DNA of 64,000 bases from Sminthopsis crassicaudata (taxonomy: Eukaryota), in NCBI RefSeq assembly GCF_048593235.1, contig NC_133622.1:244532055-244596054 (forward strand), given 5' to 3'. Of this stretch, positions 63,034 to 64,000 are shown piece after piece. The translations under genes were made by a program, and so were the position numbers. The notes under the pieces are model-generated. The model made no database searches, was not told where the DNA came from, and saw nothing but the letters and a program-made list of their open reading frames with translations. Position 1 is the stretch's first letter. Each line of letters opens with the position of its first letter.

Positions 63034-63422
63034 TGTAGTGTCCTGTCGTCTCTCAATTGTAATCCTTCTCTGGGAGGAGGTTTCTTTTCTGTTAATCCTT
63101 TTCTCTGTGAGCAGGTTTCTTGGGAAGCTTCTGGAGCCTCCAGCCAGAGCAAAGGTAGAATCTTGAATCCTCCTCTTCCTGAATCCTGGCTCTGAATCTC
63201 CTTGAGCTTCCCTGAAGTTCCCTTGGGAAGTCTTGTCCTTCCGTAAGCCAGACTGCTCTCCAGGCTCAATGTTGCCTCTTTTTATCCTCCCAGAGAATGG
63301 GCTTGTGGGTACTCCCAGGGGCTTGTGGGAATTACAACCAATGAACCTGCTACTTTTAAAGGTGTGAATTCTGAGCTAGAGAATTGTTAACTATCAACTT
63401 AGCACTTAGTAAGAACCTAACA
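63034..63422 (-). mobile_element. Solo ERV LTR, about 390 bp
   Basis: Reverse strand TGTTAGGTTC...CACTACA, imperfect 5-bp TSD TATGT/TATAT. Shares its 5' end with 22930 and 3' motifs with 17384. Confidence 0.82.
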
Positions 63423-64000
63423 TATATTATATTAAATATAATATATATCATATATAATACAATTTTTATATTTTATGTTAACTTCCATGAGTATATGTAG
63501 ATTTGCCCAATAAAATTGTGTTCTTAATGGACACATTATATTAATTAAATTTTAGTATCCCCAGAGCTTGCACCAAGCCTGGTGAGTTTGATGTGATATT
63601 TTCATATACACCCAAATTGTTGTGTACATGATTATGACAGTTTCAAATTGATGCAGAACAAGACTAAAATGCCTCAAACATATATATGCTTGTGGTCACA
63701 GATGACAAAGAGATCTGTAACACAATTGAGTAATTATTTACTATTTAACAGCACCAATAAAATTTAGTGAGCTCTAATTTTTTGGATTATCATTTTGAGC
63801 CCAAGAGACTTTGTGAATCCCTAAATAGGAAACAGTGTACTAAATCATTTTACCTCTAATCTTTGGAACTCTTCTGGCTCCTAGTCCAGTATTTCACAAA
63901 ATAGGTGCTTCTTAGATATGTGTTTAATTTCTTGAAAAAACATGAATGGAAGCTCCATTCTAACCTAAATATCCCACGTTTGGATAGTAGTGATAGCTCC

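Overview
AT-rich, CpG-poor mammalian genomic DNA, not microbial. WSINE1- and MAR1-type SINEs plus an OC1/OposCharlie-type hAT MITE point to an Australian marsupial, probably a dasyurid such as the Tasmanian devil (inference). The window is part of a class II olfactory receptor cluster of the OR5B subfamily, all genes on the minus strand. It holds five intact single-exon coding regions (2747-3682, 24203-25147, 37465-38442, 47254-48237, 56110-57060), one full-length pseudogene (13762-14686) and one 3' stub (1183-1350). I label these units U1, U3, U4, U5, U6, U2 and U0. The rest is L1, L2, CR1/L3, SINE and solo-LTR debris, microsatellites and three N gaps. Four things go beyond routine annotation. 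(1) One conserved promoter-like cassette (TATA + TAATGR homeodomain + O/E-like sites) lies 2-6 kb upstream of each of the six full-length ORs, and each has a splice acceptor at an invariant position. (2) Duplication history is a mosaic with three mappable junctions. (3) One LTR insertion bounded by a single 6-bp TSD carries two internal tRNA-Lys primer-binding sites. (4) Start codons, uORFs and C-terminal frames have turned over among paralogs. I see no evidence of a wholly new gene system. All alignments were done by eye and repeat family names are from memory.
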